64,000 bases of DNA from an uncultured Chloroflexia bacterium (GCA_963717195.1 CAVQVR010000021.1:204934-268933), one strand, 5' to 3'. Numbered from the stretch's first letter, positions 19,457 through 30,039 are shown. The notes: generated from the letters alone by a model not told the origin. Program-made: numbers and translations.

Positions 19457-19730
19457 TAGGGGCCAGATTTAGCGCGCCCCGACGCTCACCAACCATGGCA
19501 TAAAAAATTGAGAGACACCTATCCCGAGGAGTTACGATATGCAGATGGCAACAGCGCTTGCTATACTCAAGAGAAGTAGTATGCTTTTTGAGCCTGGGGC
19601 AGTAAGATGAAAGAGCGCTCGATTTGATGATACGTCAAATCGAGCGCTCTTTCGCTCGTTTAGAGAACAGGGGTGAAAGGTGATCATATAGGCCAATAAA
19701 TCGGGGGACGCGATAAATCTGGTCCCTACG
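19457..19730. mobile_element. MITE-like element about 270 bp with terminal inverted repeats GGTAGGGGCCAGATTTAGCGCGCCCC / GGGGGACGCGATAAATCTGGTCCCTAC
   Basis: The two ends are reverse complements. The same terminal sequence occurs at positions 25-46 of the window. There is an internal perfect hairpin gaaagagcgctcgatttga…tcaaatcgagcgctctttc (19612-19652). No ORF. Confidence 0.55.
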
Positions 19731-19774
19731 GTTTTATGGTATATTCGGGCTGGTTGCGCCAGTGAGGTTTAGCA

Positions 19775-20692
19775 ATGCAACAACAATTAACAAAGCATAT
19801 TCTTCTCTCCGACGAGGTGCGGACAGCGCTTCATGAGCAACGTCCGGTCGTAGCGCTCGAATCGACAGTTATCGCACATGGCTTGCCGTATCCTTCCAAC
19901 ATTGAAGTTGCGAAGGCCATGGAAAACACCATTCGTGCAGAAGGTGCTACGCCTGCTACAATTGGTATTTTCGATGGCAAGATCAAAATTGGGTTAAGTG
20001 GAGACGAGGTTGCGCGACTGGGAACGGCAACACATGTACAGAAAGTCAGTCGGCGCGATCTGGCAATTACGCTGGCGACGAAGCAACTGGGAGCGACTAC
20101 GGTTGCCGGAACGATGTTGTGTGCCAGCCTGGCTGGTATTCACTTCTTTGCCACTGGCGGTATCGGTGGCGTACATCGTGGAGCGGCGGCCAGTATGGAT
20201 ATCTCAGCTGATCTCACAGAATTTAGCCGTACCCCGGTACTGGTTACATGTGCCGGAGCAAAATCTATCCTCGACCTCGATCTGACATTGGAATACCTGG
20301 AGACGCAAGGTGTGCCCGTGATTGGTTGGCAGACCGATGAGCTGCCCGCTTTTTATGTACGCTGTAGCGGCAGGCAGCTACCTCATCGTGCTGATCATGT
20401 TGACAACATTGCCGCAACCGCGCACCTGCAGTGGGAGATTGGCCTTCATGGACTGATCGTCGCCTGTCCCATTCCGGAACAATATGCCATGAATGCAGCA
20501 CCATTAGAAGCTGCAACCGATGAAGCGCTACGGCTGGCGCGAGCACAGGGCATACGAGGAGCCGCTACCACCCCATTTGTGCTCTCGCATGTCGCCAGAA
20601 TCACCAATGGCGAGAGTGTTGAAGCCAATAAAGCGTTACTGGTCAATAATGCGCTGTGGGCGGCAAGATTCGCGCAGGCGTATTACCGATAA
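19775..20692 (+). CDS. psuG: Pseudouridine-5'-phosphate glycosidase (PsuG / IndA family)
   Basis: VVALESTVIAHGLPYP…IGIFDGKIKIGL…GATTVAGTMLCASLAGIHFFATGGIGGVHRG… gives full-length PsuG-like conservation. Confidence 0.85.
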   Translation: MQQQLTKHILLSDEVRTALHEQRPVVALESTVIAHGLPYPSNIEVAKAMENTIRAEGATPATIGIFDGKIKIGLSGDEVARLGTATHVQKVSRRDLAITLATKQLGATTVAGTMLCASLAGIHFFATGGIGGVHRGAAASMDISADLTEFSRTPVLVTCAGAKSILDLDLTLEYLETQGVPVIGWQTDELPAFYVRCSGRQLPHRADHVDNIAATAHLQWEIGLHGLIVACPIPEQYAMNAAPLEAATDEALRLARAQGIRGAATTPFVLSHVARITNGESVEANKALLVNNALWAARFAQAYYR

Positions 20693-20808
20693 CTCAGATA
20701 TTGATTTATTCTGGCATAACGACTACAATACAAATACGTACGAGAGTACTTTGTATGCGTACGGGCTGGTCTTTATAGAACATATCCTCCTTGAAAGGAG
20801 CCTTATCA

Positions 20809-21195
20809 GTGAATAATCCTTTTGAAATACGCAAGGTCGTCGGGGGGGTCATTCTTGCTATATTGTGGGTATGCACCTTTTTATTTATCCCAACGGATCT
20901 TGTTATCGATTGGCTAGGAGACGGTAGCGTCACCACAAATTTTAAGATGGTCGTGGTGCTCATTGGCCTCATCGTCATCTTTTTCTATCACCTCCTCGTT
21001 CGCGCAAGTCCAGAGACGACCAAATTAAGCTGGACTTCCGTGCTCACCATCAGCTGGCTTGCACTGATTATCTTTTACCCATTCAAAGATCCGACCAATA
21101 CTGCCGCCGGCGCAATTGGCTTCTTTACCCTGATCGGCGGACTCGCGGTCTGCGTATTATGGGTGCGCTTCTTCTCTGATGAGATAGTCGCGTAG
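20809..21195 (+). CDS. Hypothetical 4-TM membrane protein
   Basis: Four hydrophobic helices. GTG 20809 is preceded by a perfect AAAGGAG RBS. Confidence 0.45.
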   Translation: MNNPFEIRKVVGGVILAILWVCTFLFIPTDLVIDWLGDGSVTTNFKMVVVLIGLIVIFFYHLLVRASPETTKLSWTSVLTISWLALIIFYPFKDPTNTAAGAIGFFTLIGGLAVCVLWVRFFSDEIVA

Positions 21196-21221
21196 TTCAT
21201 TTAAACCCTAGAGCGTCCACG

Positions 21222-21340
21222 CGGTGAGCGCGGGATTATAAATGGCACCCCTACACCAGTTGGTTCAGGGATGGTCTTACCCCTGTTCACCTTCAATGCG
21301 ACTGGTGTAGGGGTGCCATTTATAATCCTGCGCTCACCAC
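21222..21340. repeat. Minimal MITE-like palindrome (37-bp arms: GCGGGATTATAAATGGCACCCCTACACCAGT…)
   Basis: The arms gtgagcgcgggattataaatggcacccctacaccagt and its reverse complement flank a 40 bp core. Same family as 2624, 31014 and 34745. Confidence 0.8.
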
Positions 21341-21415
21341 ATGGGTGCCAAAGGTCCGAATGATGCTTGACAGGGCAATAGGAACCCCTTTTCTACCCTG
21401 GCGCATAAAAAATTA

Positions 21416-22984
21416 TTAGTGTCTGAAATGCCGTTGGCCCGTAAAAATCATAGCGACGGCGTAACGATTTGCCATCCGAATTGTTTCCTCATCACGTACC
21501 GAGCCACCGGGTTGAATAATGGCAGTTACGCCCGCTTTAGCTGCCGCCTCGACTCCATCGGCAAAGGGAAAGAACGCGTCCGAAGCCAGCACCGCACCGC
21601 GTGCACGATCATCGGCTTTCTCGACAGCCAGGTGCACGCTGGTAACGCGGTTCATCTGTCCCGCGCCAACGCCCACCAGCATCAACTTGTGCGCCAGTAC
21701 AATTGCATTCGATTTTACATGGCGTACCGCTTTCCACGCAAACATCAGATTTGTGACCTCGTCCAGCGTCGGCTCACGGTCAGTCACTACGCTATACTCG
21801 GTCTCGCGCTCGCCGACCGCATCGGGCGTCTGAATAAGCAATCCTCCGCTCACAGAACGTACATCGGGGTGCCCCGTATGGAGCATTTGCGTGCTGATGC
21901 TTCTCGGCTCAATCGGTACATGAGTAGCCAGCAGACGAATATTCTTTTTCTTGCGCAGAATAGCCAGGGCATCAGGAGTAAAACCGGGCGCAATGATTGC
22001 TTCATAGAAAAGCTGCGAAATCTCCTGGGCCGTCGCCTCATCCAATAGACGATTGGAGCCAATAATACCGCCGTATGCTGAGATGGGATCGCCAGCATGT
22101 GCCCGCTTGTATGCTTCAACCAGCGAATCATCGCAAGCCAGTCCGCAGGGATTGGTATGCTTGATAATAGAAATCGTGGGAGCGGTGAAGCTCTGCGCTG
22201 CTGCCAGAGCGGCATCTAGATCCAGCAAGTTGTTGAAGGAAAGCTCCTTTCCATGCAGCACCTCGGCCCCGGCTACGGTTGGCAACGCAGGAGAGAAGGA
22301 AGTATCAGCCCAGCGGTAGAAGGCAGCCTGCTGATGCGGATTTTCGCCATAACGCAGCGTCTGGACACGTTCCAACGGAAGCGTCAGTTGTTCCGGAAAA
22401 TAATCGCCAGAACCCAGGCGTAGATACTCGGCAATGGTAGTATCGTAGCTGGCGGTATGTTGGAAGGCAATTGCGGCCAGATAACGACGAGTCTCGTTGC
22501 TCACTTCACCCTGTTCACGCCACTCCTGCAAAACGGCGGCATAGTCCTGAGGGCGTACCAACACAATCACATCCTGAAAATTCTTGGCGGCGGCACGTAC
22601 CAAGGTAACACCACCAATATCAATCTGCTCCAGTGCCTCGGTCAGCGTAGCATTCTGACGCGCCACCGTCTCCGCAAAGGGATAGAGATTGACAGCGACG
22701 ATATCGATTGCGGTAATATTGTGCGCACGGAGCTCTTCCTCGTGCGAAGGGAGATCGCGGCGTGCCAGGACACCTCCCAGAATAGCCGGGTGCAATGTTT
22801 TGACACGACCATCGAGAATCTCAGGAAAATTCGTCAGTTCGCTTACCGGGCGGGCTTCAATACCCTCGACACCAAGCGCAGCCAGAGTGCCACTGGTTGA
22901 AAACAGATCGACATCATGGCTCTGTAGCTCGCGTGCTAATTCCGTGAGGCTATCACGATTAGCAACACTTATAATTGCTCGCAT
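21416..22984 (-). CDS. purH: Bifunctional AICAR transformylase / IMP cyclohydrolase PurH
   Basis: MRAIISVANRDSL…STSGTLAAL…DGRVKTLHPAILGGVLARRD… and full-length 522 aa. Confidence 0.92.
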   Translation of the reverse strand: MRAIISVANRDSLTELARELQSHDVDLFSTSGTLAALGVEGIEARPVSELTNFPEILDGRVKTLHPAILGGVLARRDLPSHEEELRAHNITAIDIVAVNLYPFAETVARQNATLTEALEQIDIGGVTLVRAAAKNFQDVIVLVRPQDYAAVLQEWREQGEVSNETRRYLAAIAFQHTASYDTTIAEYLRLGSGDYFPEQLTLPLERVQTLRYGENPHQQAAFYRWADTSFSPALPTVAGAEVLHGKELSFNNLLDLDAALAAAQSFTAPTISIIKHTNPCGLACDDSLVEAYKRAHAGDPISAYGGIIGSNRLLDEATAQEISQLFYEAIIAPGFTPDALAILRKKKNIRLLATHVPIEPRSISTQMLHTGHPDVRSVSGGLLIQTPDAVGERETEYSVVTDREPTLDEVTNLMFAWKAVRHVKSNAIVLAHKLMLVGVGAGQMNRVTSVHLAVEKADDRARGAVLASDAFFPFADGVEAAAKAGVTAIIQPGGSVRDEETIRMANRYAVAMIFTGQRHFRH

Positions 22985-23115
22985 GGAGTTATCCTTTCAG
23001 AATGAAATGCAGAGACTGATTGGCGAAACCTCTCATTACAAGTATATATCAAAGTACTACCTTGTATGATGCAAAGCATCTCCGTCATTCAGGATCAACC
23101 AATCGAGAGGTCAAA

Positions 23116-23152
23116 CGAAAAACACGACATCCAGTTGGACATCGTGTTTTTC
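23116..23152 (-). terminator. Rho-independent terminator after rplU-rpmA
   Basis: On the minus strand: cgaaaaacacgatgtccaactggatgtcgtgtttttcgtttg, a stem followed by a U-run. It produces mirror ORFs in the six-frame track. Confidence 0.6.
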
Positions 23153-23174
23153 GCTTGTGTATTGAGTTTCAGCC

Positions 23175-23498
23175 TTATGCTTCAACAACAACCGGAGTTT
23201 CTTCGGCTGCCGCCAACAGCTCAGCAATCGAGGGGCGGTCAGGAAACTCTGTAAGAATACTGACGCTGCGGTTGGTGCGTGAGGCATGTCCAAACTTGAC
23301 GTAGCCATCGATCAAAGCGTAGAGCGTGTGATCGCGACCAACGCCAACCTGCACGCCGGGCTTAATCTTCGTGCCGCGCTGGCGCACAATAATGCTCCCG
23401 GCAGTTACCAACTGACCGTCGTAGCGCTTGACGCCAAGCATCTTTGGTTTGCTATCGCGACCATTGCGCGAGCTCCCCATTCCTTTTTTATGTGCCAT
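23175..23498 (-). CDS. rpmA: 50S ribosomal protein L27 with C-terminal extension
   Basis: [48 protein letters not shown]…. Confidence 0.92.
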   Translation of the reverse strand: MAHKKGMGSSRNGRDSKPKMLGVKRYDGQLVTAGSIIVRQRGTKIKPGVQVGVGRDHTLYALIDGYVKFGHASRTNRSVSILTEFPDRPSIAELLAAAEETPVVVEA

Positions 23499-23501
23499 GA
23501 T

Positions 23502-23990
23502 TTACTCCTCTGTGCTACTTTCGGTCTCTTCCGCGCTGGAGCGACGGCGGCGACTTCTCTTACCGGTATCAGGTGCTACCTCTGTTTCAGACTCTACAGG
23601 CGCGACCGGTGTTACCTCGGTCTCCTCTTCTGTGGGAGCCTGTTTCGCTACAGGTGCCTCACCGGTCACCAGGCTTTTACCATCGGCTACAATATCATCG
23701 ATGATCAAGGCGGTTAGTTCCTGGCGATGCCCGCGACGATGACGATAGCGCTTTTTGGATTTGTACTTGAAGACGATCAACTTCTCACCGCGAGTCTGCC
23801 CATCGACGGTTGCCAGTACCTGGGCGTTGTCGATGAAGGGCGAACCAAGCTGTGTGTTATCGGCATCGGAGATAAGCAGTACGTCGAGCGCGACCTGTGC
23901 ACCTACCTCTACTGGGAGCCGATTCACTTCGAACTTCTGGCCCACGGAAACCTTATATTGTCGTCCACCACTTTTAACTACTGCAAACAT
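23502..23990 (-). CDS. rplU: 50S ribosomal protein L21 with acidic C-terminal tail
   Basis: MFAVVKSGGRQYKVSVGQKFEVNRL…EKLIVFKYKSKKRYRHRRGHRQ…. Confidence 0.92.
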   Translation of the reverse strand: MFAVVKSGGRQYKVSVGQKFEVNRLPVEVGAQVALDVLLISDADNTQLGSPFIDNAQVLATVDGQTRGEKLIVFKYKSKKRYRHRRGHRQELTALIIDDIVADGKSLVTGEAPVAKQAPTEEETEVTPVAPVESETEVAPDTGKRSRRRRSSAEETESSTEE

Positions 23991-24441
23991 GTCTTTTTAC
24001 CTTCTCCTTTTTGATCCCTGCGCCATTTCTGGAGGATACGTGGGAGGCATAGGTGGAGAGCCATCCATCACAGTTCCTGGTTCCAGAAAATATGCATGTT
24101 CAACTTCAAAATACTGTCAATCTGAAACTGAATATGCGGTACCATATATTGGCACGCTTCGCTTCGTCGTGAGGCGCAGGAGGTTGACCACACACGCATC
24201 GCCGTGGTCCATGCAGCGTATTGTTGCATAACTTATACGCATACTGTTACTACTGTAACATGAAGCGTGGATATGATAGCAGTTGCGCTGGAAGTTGTCA
24301 AGCGCTAGCTCGTGGCGGCGTGCAGCAGACAGGGTAGCTACACTACAACCATTGGAGGTACAATAAGGAAGGCTTGTCGCCTACCAAAACACCCTCATCT
24401 TTCACTATACACGACTATAAGATAGAGATGAAAGGACAGTC

Positions 24442-25347
24442 ATGACACAGATTATCCACCAATCCTTTGTCACAACTGGCGCAAGAGGCTTACGCCACGA
24501 TATCCTTCCGATGCGCCTCTATCACAAAGCTAAAAAACTGGGCATCTGGGATCCGCGCAACATCGATTTTGAGCAGGATCGCCTTGACTGGCTACGTTGC
24601 GACGAAAGAGAAAAGAAGGCCATCCTGGTACAGACCGCTCTCTTTCAGGCTGGCGAGGAGAGTGTCACGCTTGACCTGTTACCATTGATGATGGCCGTTG
24701 CGCTGGACGGGCACCTGGAAGAAGAGATGTTCCTCACCACGTTCTTGTGGGAAGAGGCCAAGCATACCGAGTTTTTCCGCCGCTTCCTGGACGAGGTGGT
24801 ACAGACACCACAGGATCTGCACTCCTTTCATACGCCAAGCTATCGTAAACTTTTTTATGAAGAATTGCCGCAGACGATGTATGCGCTACTCAATGATCGC
24901 TCTCCAGCCGCGCTCGCCCGTGCTTCAGTGACCTATAACATGATCGTGGAGGGCGTCTTAGCAGAAACAGGCTATCAAGGCTATGGCGATATGTTGGAGA
25001 AAAATAACCTCATGCCAGGCCTTCAGCAGGGCATAGCCTATCTCAAACGGGATGAGTCGCGCCATATCGCCTATGGCGTCTACCTGATCTCGCGCCTGGT
25101 CGCCCAGGACAATGCTATCTGGTCGGTCGTCGAAGAGCGCATGAACGAACTACTCCCACTTGCGCTGGGTACCATCCAGGAATTGACCTCACATACGGCT
25201 GACGAAGGTGGCGCACTTCCTTTTGGACTACAACTGATGGATTATGTCATCTATGCGACAACACAGTTCCAAAAGCGGGTTGCACGCATCGAACGAGCAC
25301 GCGCACAAACGCTAGAGGAGCTTTACCAACTCGATGAGGTTGAATAG
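24442..25347 (+). CDS. Ferritin-like diiron protein of the ribonucleotide reductase R2 / R2-like ligand-binding oxidase family
   Basis: Paired EExxH/ExxH-type motifs (WEEAKHTEFF, VEGVLAETGY, KRDESRHIAYG) in about 300 aa. Confidence 0.55.
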   Translation: MTQIIHQSFVTTGARGLRHDILPMRLYHKAKKLGIWDPRNIDFEQDRLDWLRCDEREKKAILVQTALFQAGEESVTLDLLPLMMAVALDGHLEEEMFLTTFLWEEAKHTEFFRRFLDEVVQTPQDLHSFHTPSYRKLFYEELPQTMYALLNDRSPAALARASVTYNMIVEGVLAETGYQGYGDMLEKNNLMPGLQQGIAYLKRDESRHIAYGVYLISRLVAQDNAIWSVVEERMNELLPLALGTIQELTSHTADEGGALPFGLQLMDYVIYATTQFQKRVARIERARAQTLEELYQLDEVE

Positions 25348-25370
25348 TAGCCATCGGCTTGGTACGAGCA

Positions 25371-25404
25371 TTCGACCCACACGGGTATTCGACCCACACG
25401 GGCT
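25371..25404 (+). promoter_or_regulatory. Tandem 17-bp direct repeat (TTCGACCCACACGGG-TA/CT) immediately upstream of 25422
   Basis: ttcgacccacacgggta followed directly by ttcgacccacacgggct. This is a candidate operator. Confidence 0.4.
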
Positions 25405-25421
25405 AGAAAGCAGGATTATCC

Positions 25422-26171
25422 ATGAACAATACATCCATCGCGTTACAATTGTACACAGTACGAGATGAAACCGCACGCGACTTTAAGGCTACCATACGCC
25501 GTGTAGCGAAACTGGGCTACAACGGAGTGGAATTTGCAGGCTACGGGGATATTCCCTCAGATGAGATGGCCGCGCTGCTGGCTGAAACAGGACTTCATGT
25601 AGCAGGTTCACACACTAGATGGGACGCATTAGAGAATGACCTTGAACGTGAAATCAACTATTGCCTTAAGATTGGCAGCCATCATATGACGCTTCCGTAT
25701 CTTGGAAACGAATGGTATACAGGAGAAAAGCTTAAAACGCTACCATCCCGATTGAACGAATTTGGCCGCCTTGCCCAGGAAAGGGGCGTGACATTCTCCT
25801 ATCATAACCATGCTCACGAGTTCGCCCAGAATGAGGATGGTCGCTATTTACTTGATCTGCTCCTGGATAGTACTGATCCGAATTATGTCAAACTTGAATT
25901 GGACACCTATTGGGCGGCTTATGCAGGTGTTGATCCTATTGCGTACCTTCATAAGCGTGCAGGGCGCGTGCCGCTAATCCATCTTAAAGACATGACGCCT
26001 GAACGTACTTTCACTGAGGTCGGCGACGGTACACTCAATATACAGGGCATATGTAAAGCGGCTGCAGAAAGTGGGGTAGAGTGGTACATCGTTGAGAATG
26101 ATGCGCCTACGCTTCCTTCGCTGGAGAGTGCAGAGCGTTCGTTGGAGAATTTGCGGAAGTTATCAGGGTAG
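25422..26171 (+). CDS. Sugar phosphate isomerase/epimerase (xylose isomerase-like TIM barrel)
   Basis: LQLYTVRDE…GYNGVEFAG… sequence typical of the family. Confidence 0.75.
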   Translation: MNNTSIALQLYTVRDETARDFKATIRRVAKLGYNGVEFAGYGDIPSDEMAALLAETGLHVAGSHTRWDALENDLEREINYCLKIGSHHMTLPYLGNEWYTGEKLKTLPSRLNEFGRLAQERGVTFSYHNHAHEFAQNEDGRYLLDLLLDSTDPNYVKLELDTYWAAYAGVDPIAYLHKRAGRVPLIHLKDMTPERTFTEVGDGTLNIQGICKAAAESGVEWYIVENDAPTLPSLESAERSLENLRKLSG

Positions 26172-26305
26172 TGTTCTGTCAAGGTTTACAAGTCCATGTG
26201 GATGCCATGAGAAGAGTACCAGGAGATGAGACTATACTACCTGAAGACTTCCTACAGCGTATAAAGCATAGTAAGTATGTCTTTATCATCCATGAGGAGT
26301 AGGAT

Positions 26306-27487
26306 ATGGAGATCGATGTGGAGCGCCAGCAAAAGGCGCGTGAGTATGCAAAAATACGCCGACGCCTCTCATTTGTAGACCTGGGGATCGCGGCGGTTGG
26401 CTTGCTCATTATATTTGTAGCGGGCCTGGATAAGTGGTTACGCAATGCAATACAAGGGATATCATTTCTCGGTTGGCAACCTGTGCATGGCTGGTATCCT
26501 TTGCAGATACTCCTGTACTTTTTGAGCGTAATCCTGGTCTATCAGTTGATCACTTCGCCAATCGCTTATTATAGCGGCTTTGTGCTCCCTCATCGTTATG
26601 GTATCTCAACGATGTCATTTCAGGCATGGCTGAAGGATCTTTTCAAGGGACTGGGGCTTGGTCTGGTATTAGAGGTTGCCGCTATTACATTGATCTATGC
26701 CCTGCTCGCATTGCAACCGCTGACGTGGTGGTTGTGGGTCGCCGTCATTATGCTTTTCTTCTCCGTGATCATGGCAAATCTCGCGCCAGTACTCCTTTTT
26801 CCACTGTTCTACAAATTTGCGCCCTTGCCCGAAGGTGAACTGACGCAACGTTTGTTGGCCCTGACACAACGCGCCAATACGAGAGTACGTGGAATATATT
26901 CCATGCAAATGAGTAACAAAACCACAGCCGCCAATGCTGCTTTGATGGGCCTGGGAAATACACGTCGCGTCGTAGTGGGCGATACGATGATCGACCGCTA
27001 CACGGTGGACGAGATTGAGGTCGTACTAGCACATGAGTTAGGACATCACGTGCATGCCGACATCTGGAAGTTGATTATCAGCCAATCGCTTCTGATGCTG
27101 GGTGGCCTCTATGTCGCGAACGTAATTCTACACGCCGTGGTTGCAGCAGGTTTTTATCAATCGCTCACCGATCCTGCCACGCTACCTTTCTTTTTCCTGC
27201 TCACCGGCATCTTCAGTCTGATCGTGATGCCCATTGGAAATACTTACAGCCGACTCATCGAGTACCAGGCCGACGAATATGCACTGCAAACGACACGTAA
27301 AATTGAGGCGTTTAAAAGTGCGATGACGCGCCTCGCCAATCAGAATCTGGCCGAGGTCGAGCCATCGCCCATCGTGGAGTTTCTCTTCGCCTCGCATCCT
27401 TCAATCGGCAAGCGGCTCAAGCACGCCGACGAATTCGCGACGCGTTCCGGCTACACTTTCAATGCATCCGCAAGCGCACCCAGTTGA
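26306..27487 (+). CDS. M48 family zinc metallopeptidase (Ste24/HtpX-like), polytopic membrane
   Basis: Multiple TM helices plus HELGHHVH (HExxH) and a downstream Glu. Confidence 0.75.
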   Translation: MEIDVERQQKAREYAKIRRRLSFVDLGIAAVGLLIIFVAGLDKWLRNAIQGISFLGWQPVHGWYPLQILLYFLSVILVYQLITSPIAYYSGFVLPHRYGISTMSFQAWLKDLFKGLGLGLVLEVAAITLIYALLALQPLTWWLWVAVIMLFFSVIMANLAPVLLFPLFYKFAPLPEGELTQRLLALTQRANTRVRGIYSMQMSNKTTAANAALMGLGNTRRVVVGDTMIDRYTVDEIEVVLAHELGHHVHADIWKLIISQSLLMLGGLYVANVILHAVVAAGFYQSLTDPATLPFFFLLTGIFSLIVMPIGNTYSRLIEYQADEYALQTTRKIEAFKSAMTRLANQNLAEVEPSPIVEFLFASHPSIGKRLKHADEFATRSGYTFNASASAPS

Positions 27488-28542
27488 GAGGCAGCTTCCT
27501 CGACCGTGCCAGCAGGCATAGCGAGGAGCGGCTCATCGACACCCAATGCGCCCCATTGATCGAGTTTCGCAACCACCTCGCGCGGGGTACCAATAATGGT
27601 GACGGCATCGAGCATACGCGGACTTACCGCCTCGATAGCCGTCTTCATACCCTGCTTCCAGCCCTCGATGACCGCCTGTACATCTTCACCGAAGCCGTTG
27701 CGCGTCAGCATCTGCGCGTAGTAGACTCCCATCTTGCCAATATAATAGGCCAGTGGTGAAGCAACCTGGACGTATGCAGCCTTGCGCTCTTCTGCAGAAG
27801 CGTTTTCCTTCAGAATTGCACTGGTAATATATGGAGCTATAGCGGCACTGTGAGCGGCGCGACCAGCAAGCGCAGAGCCTTCGTCAAGCTGTTCGCGCAA
27901 TTCGCTCCATCGATTGCCCGGCCAGTACACCGGGAGCACGCCATCGGCGACCTCGCCCGTCTGCACAACATTTTTGGGCCCCATTGCCGCAATATAAATG
28001 GGCAGGTCGGCACGTAGAGGAGTAAAGCGTAACTTAAAACCACGCTCCAGGTGAAAGAACTCGCCGGAATAGACCAGTTTTTCGCCGCGCAGAATCATTC
28101 TGATGATCTCAACATACTCGCGTGTACGCTTCACCGGCTTCTGAAAAGGCACTCCATGCCAGTGCTCAACGACGTTTGCGCCCGATGGACCCAGGCCGAG
28201 CAGAATACGCCCACCAGAGCGTTCGTCCAATGTTGCGGCAGAACTGGCGATCAGAGCAGGCGTACGCGAATAAATATTCGCGATACCCGCGCCAATCTTG
28301 ATACGCTTCGTAGACCGCACGAGATCAGCCATTGAAGTAAAAAGTTCATAGCCCCAGGATTTGCCTAGCCAGACGGAATCAAATCCCAGCTCATCGGCGA
28401 TCTTGACCTTCTCCACCACCGCATTCCACTCGCCAGGAAAATTCGGGGAATCGGCCACGAAGCCAATCCGTGAACGATACGCTCTTTCAGGAGTCGCGGC
28501 AACTACACCAGACCCGGAATCAGTCGTCATACGAAGACCCAT
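27451..28542 (-). CDS. LLM-class (luciferase-like) F420-dependent oxidoreductase
   Basis: …GFDSVWLGKSWGYELFT…IGAGIANIYSRTPA…LLGLGPSG… luciferase-like monooxygenase fold. Confidence 0.8.
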   Translation of the reverse strand: MGLRMTTDSGSGVVAATPERAYRSRIGFVADSPNFPGEWNAVVEKVKIADELGFDSVWLGKSWGYELFTSMADLVRSTKRIKIGAGIANIYSRTPALIASSAATLDERSGGRILLGLGPSGANVVEHWHGVPFQKPVKRTREYVEIIRMILRGEKLVYSGEFFHLERGFKLRFTPLRADLPIYIAAMGPKNVVQTGEVADGVLPVYWPGNRWSELREQLDEGSALAGRAAHSAAIAPYITSAILKENASAEERKAAYVQVASPLAYYIGKMGVYYAQMLTRNGFGEDVQAVIEGWKQGMKTAIEAVSPRMLDAVTIIGTPREVVAKLDQWGALGVDEPLLAMPAGTVEEAASQLGALADALKV

Positions 28543-29582
28543 CCTTCCATCGCGAATAGCACATTTTTAGCCCCACCGCTGACGCAAACGGGGTAGAATT
28601 TCTTTGAGTACAACTCAATGAAATGAGACTGGTCCTCACCCGGCGCATGGAAGATCAGGTGAGTAAAGCCCAGTTCGATGTAGGGACGCAACTGTTCAAT
28701 GTGCTCTTCAGGATCGCTGGAGACCAGCCAGCGACGATATGCCTGATCGGCAACCGTTTCAGCTCTTTTCTCCATCTCACGAGCATCATGAATGGCAACT
28801 TTATCTTCAGCCGGTAGGGCCAATGCAGCCCATATGCGTGTATCGGCCAGAGCACGGTTGCGGTCCGTATCGAAAGAGACTTTCACTTCAATGGTGCGTT
28901 CAATAGAGCCTGGATCTTTGTGCGCGGCCTTTGCGCCTTCTTCCACTGCCGGAAGGAGTTTCTCTTGATACAGCTCCATTCCTTTCCCAGAGGTGCAGAT
29001 AAAGCCGTCGCCAGCGCGCCCTGCAAATTTTGCTGCGACTGGCCCACCCGCACTGATATAAATGGGAATGAGCTGATCTGGTTTATCATAGATGGTTGCA
29101 TTCTTCGTATTGTAGTATTCACCTTCGAACGTGACCAGGTCTTCCGTCCAGAGTTTTTTAATCAGCGCAACGGCCTCACGCAACCGCGCCAGGCGTTCTT
29201 TTGCTTCGGGCCACTCTCTACCAGTCACGGCTACTTCGTTAAGGGATTTGCCCGAGCCGACGCCCAGGATAAAGCGACCGGGATTAAGGGAGCCCAATGT
29301 ACCGAATGCCTGGGCTACAATCGCTGGTTCATAGCGAAACGTTGGCGTAAGGACGCTGGTACCAAGCGTCACGTGCCGGGTACGTTCACCAACTGCGCCG
29401 AGCCATGCAAAGACTTGTGGAGCATGTCCATTGGTATGACGCCAGGGTTGAAAATGATCACTGACCCAGACACTATCAAAGCCAGCATTTTCCGCTTCAA
29501 CGGCATAATCGAGCAAACGTCGCGGTCCAAACTGTTCTGCTGAAGCTTTATATCCTAATTTCAAAGCATGTTTTGCGCTCAT
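28527..29582 (-). CDS. fgd: F420-dependent glucose-6-phosphate dehydrogenase-like LLM oxidoreductase (Fgd-like)
   Basis: LKLGYKASAEQFGPRRLLDYAVEAENAGFDSVWVSDHFQPWRHTNGHAPQVFAWLGAVGERT…LGTSVLTPTFRYEPAIVAQAFGTLGSLNPGRFILGVGSGKSLNE closely follows mycobacterial Fgd1. Start chosen at ATG 29582 (aggag RBS). Confidence 0.75.
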   Translation of the reverse strand: MSAKHALKLGYKASAEQFGPRRLLDYAVEAENAGFDSVWVSDHFQPWRHTNGHAPQVFAWLGAVGERTRHVTLGTSVLTPTFRYEPAIVAQAFGTLGSLNPGRFILGVGSGKSLNEVAVTGREWPEAKERLARLREAVALIKKLWTEDLVTFEGEYYNTKNATIYDKPDQLIPIYISAGGPVAAKFAGRAGDGFICTSGKGMELYQEKLLPAVEEGAKAAHKDPGSIERTIEVKVSFDTDRNRALADTRIWAALALPAEDKVAIHDAREMEKRAETVADQAYRRWLVSSDPEEHIEQLRPYIELGFTHLIFHAPGEDQSHFIELYSKKFYPVCVSGGAKNVLFAMEGWVFV

Positions 29583-30039
29583 AAAATCTCCTAACATAGA
29601 CTGTCTTATTGCCACCTTCCGGACCCGGAAGGATGGAGATCCTCCCTAATCAGCACTCTATCATAGTATCACGTCTGAAAGGGAAGTCGCAGGAGAGACG
29701 CAAAGCGGGTTGCAATTCTGTCCTCCAGAAAAAGACTTTTACGCCTGCGATATCTGTACAAATGCACCATCCGTTGCCTTCAGACTGCTCCTCTGTGTTA
29801 AAACCTCAATTGAGGTGACGAAGCGCGTATTGTCAGGGGACCATGCGGCAAAGATTGAAATAAAGGGCCACTTGAGCGTGCTATAATGCAGATACATGCC
29901 TATCGCACAACGAAAAGAGAGCATATCCCATCAATAAGAAGCTTAATGGAACTTGCTTTCTTTTTGATCCCACAGACAGTGCATGAAGTTTACTATCCAA
30001 CACATAGAGCTGTTTTTTGAAGAAAGAAGGTATTTGTTC

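Noticed and set aside
21419-22319. Plus-strand ORFs (209, 104, 88 aa) inside purH
   Set aside because: They are antisense to full-length purH.
23066-23308. Overlapping small ORFs on both strands with near-identical peptides (DIQLDIVFF / DVQLDVVFF)
   Set aside because: They are generated by the terminator palindrome after rpmA.
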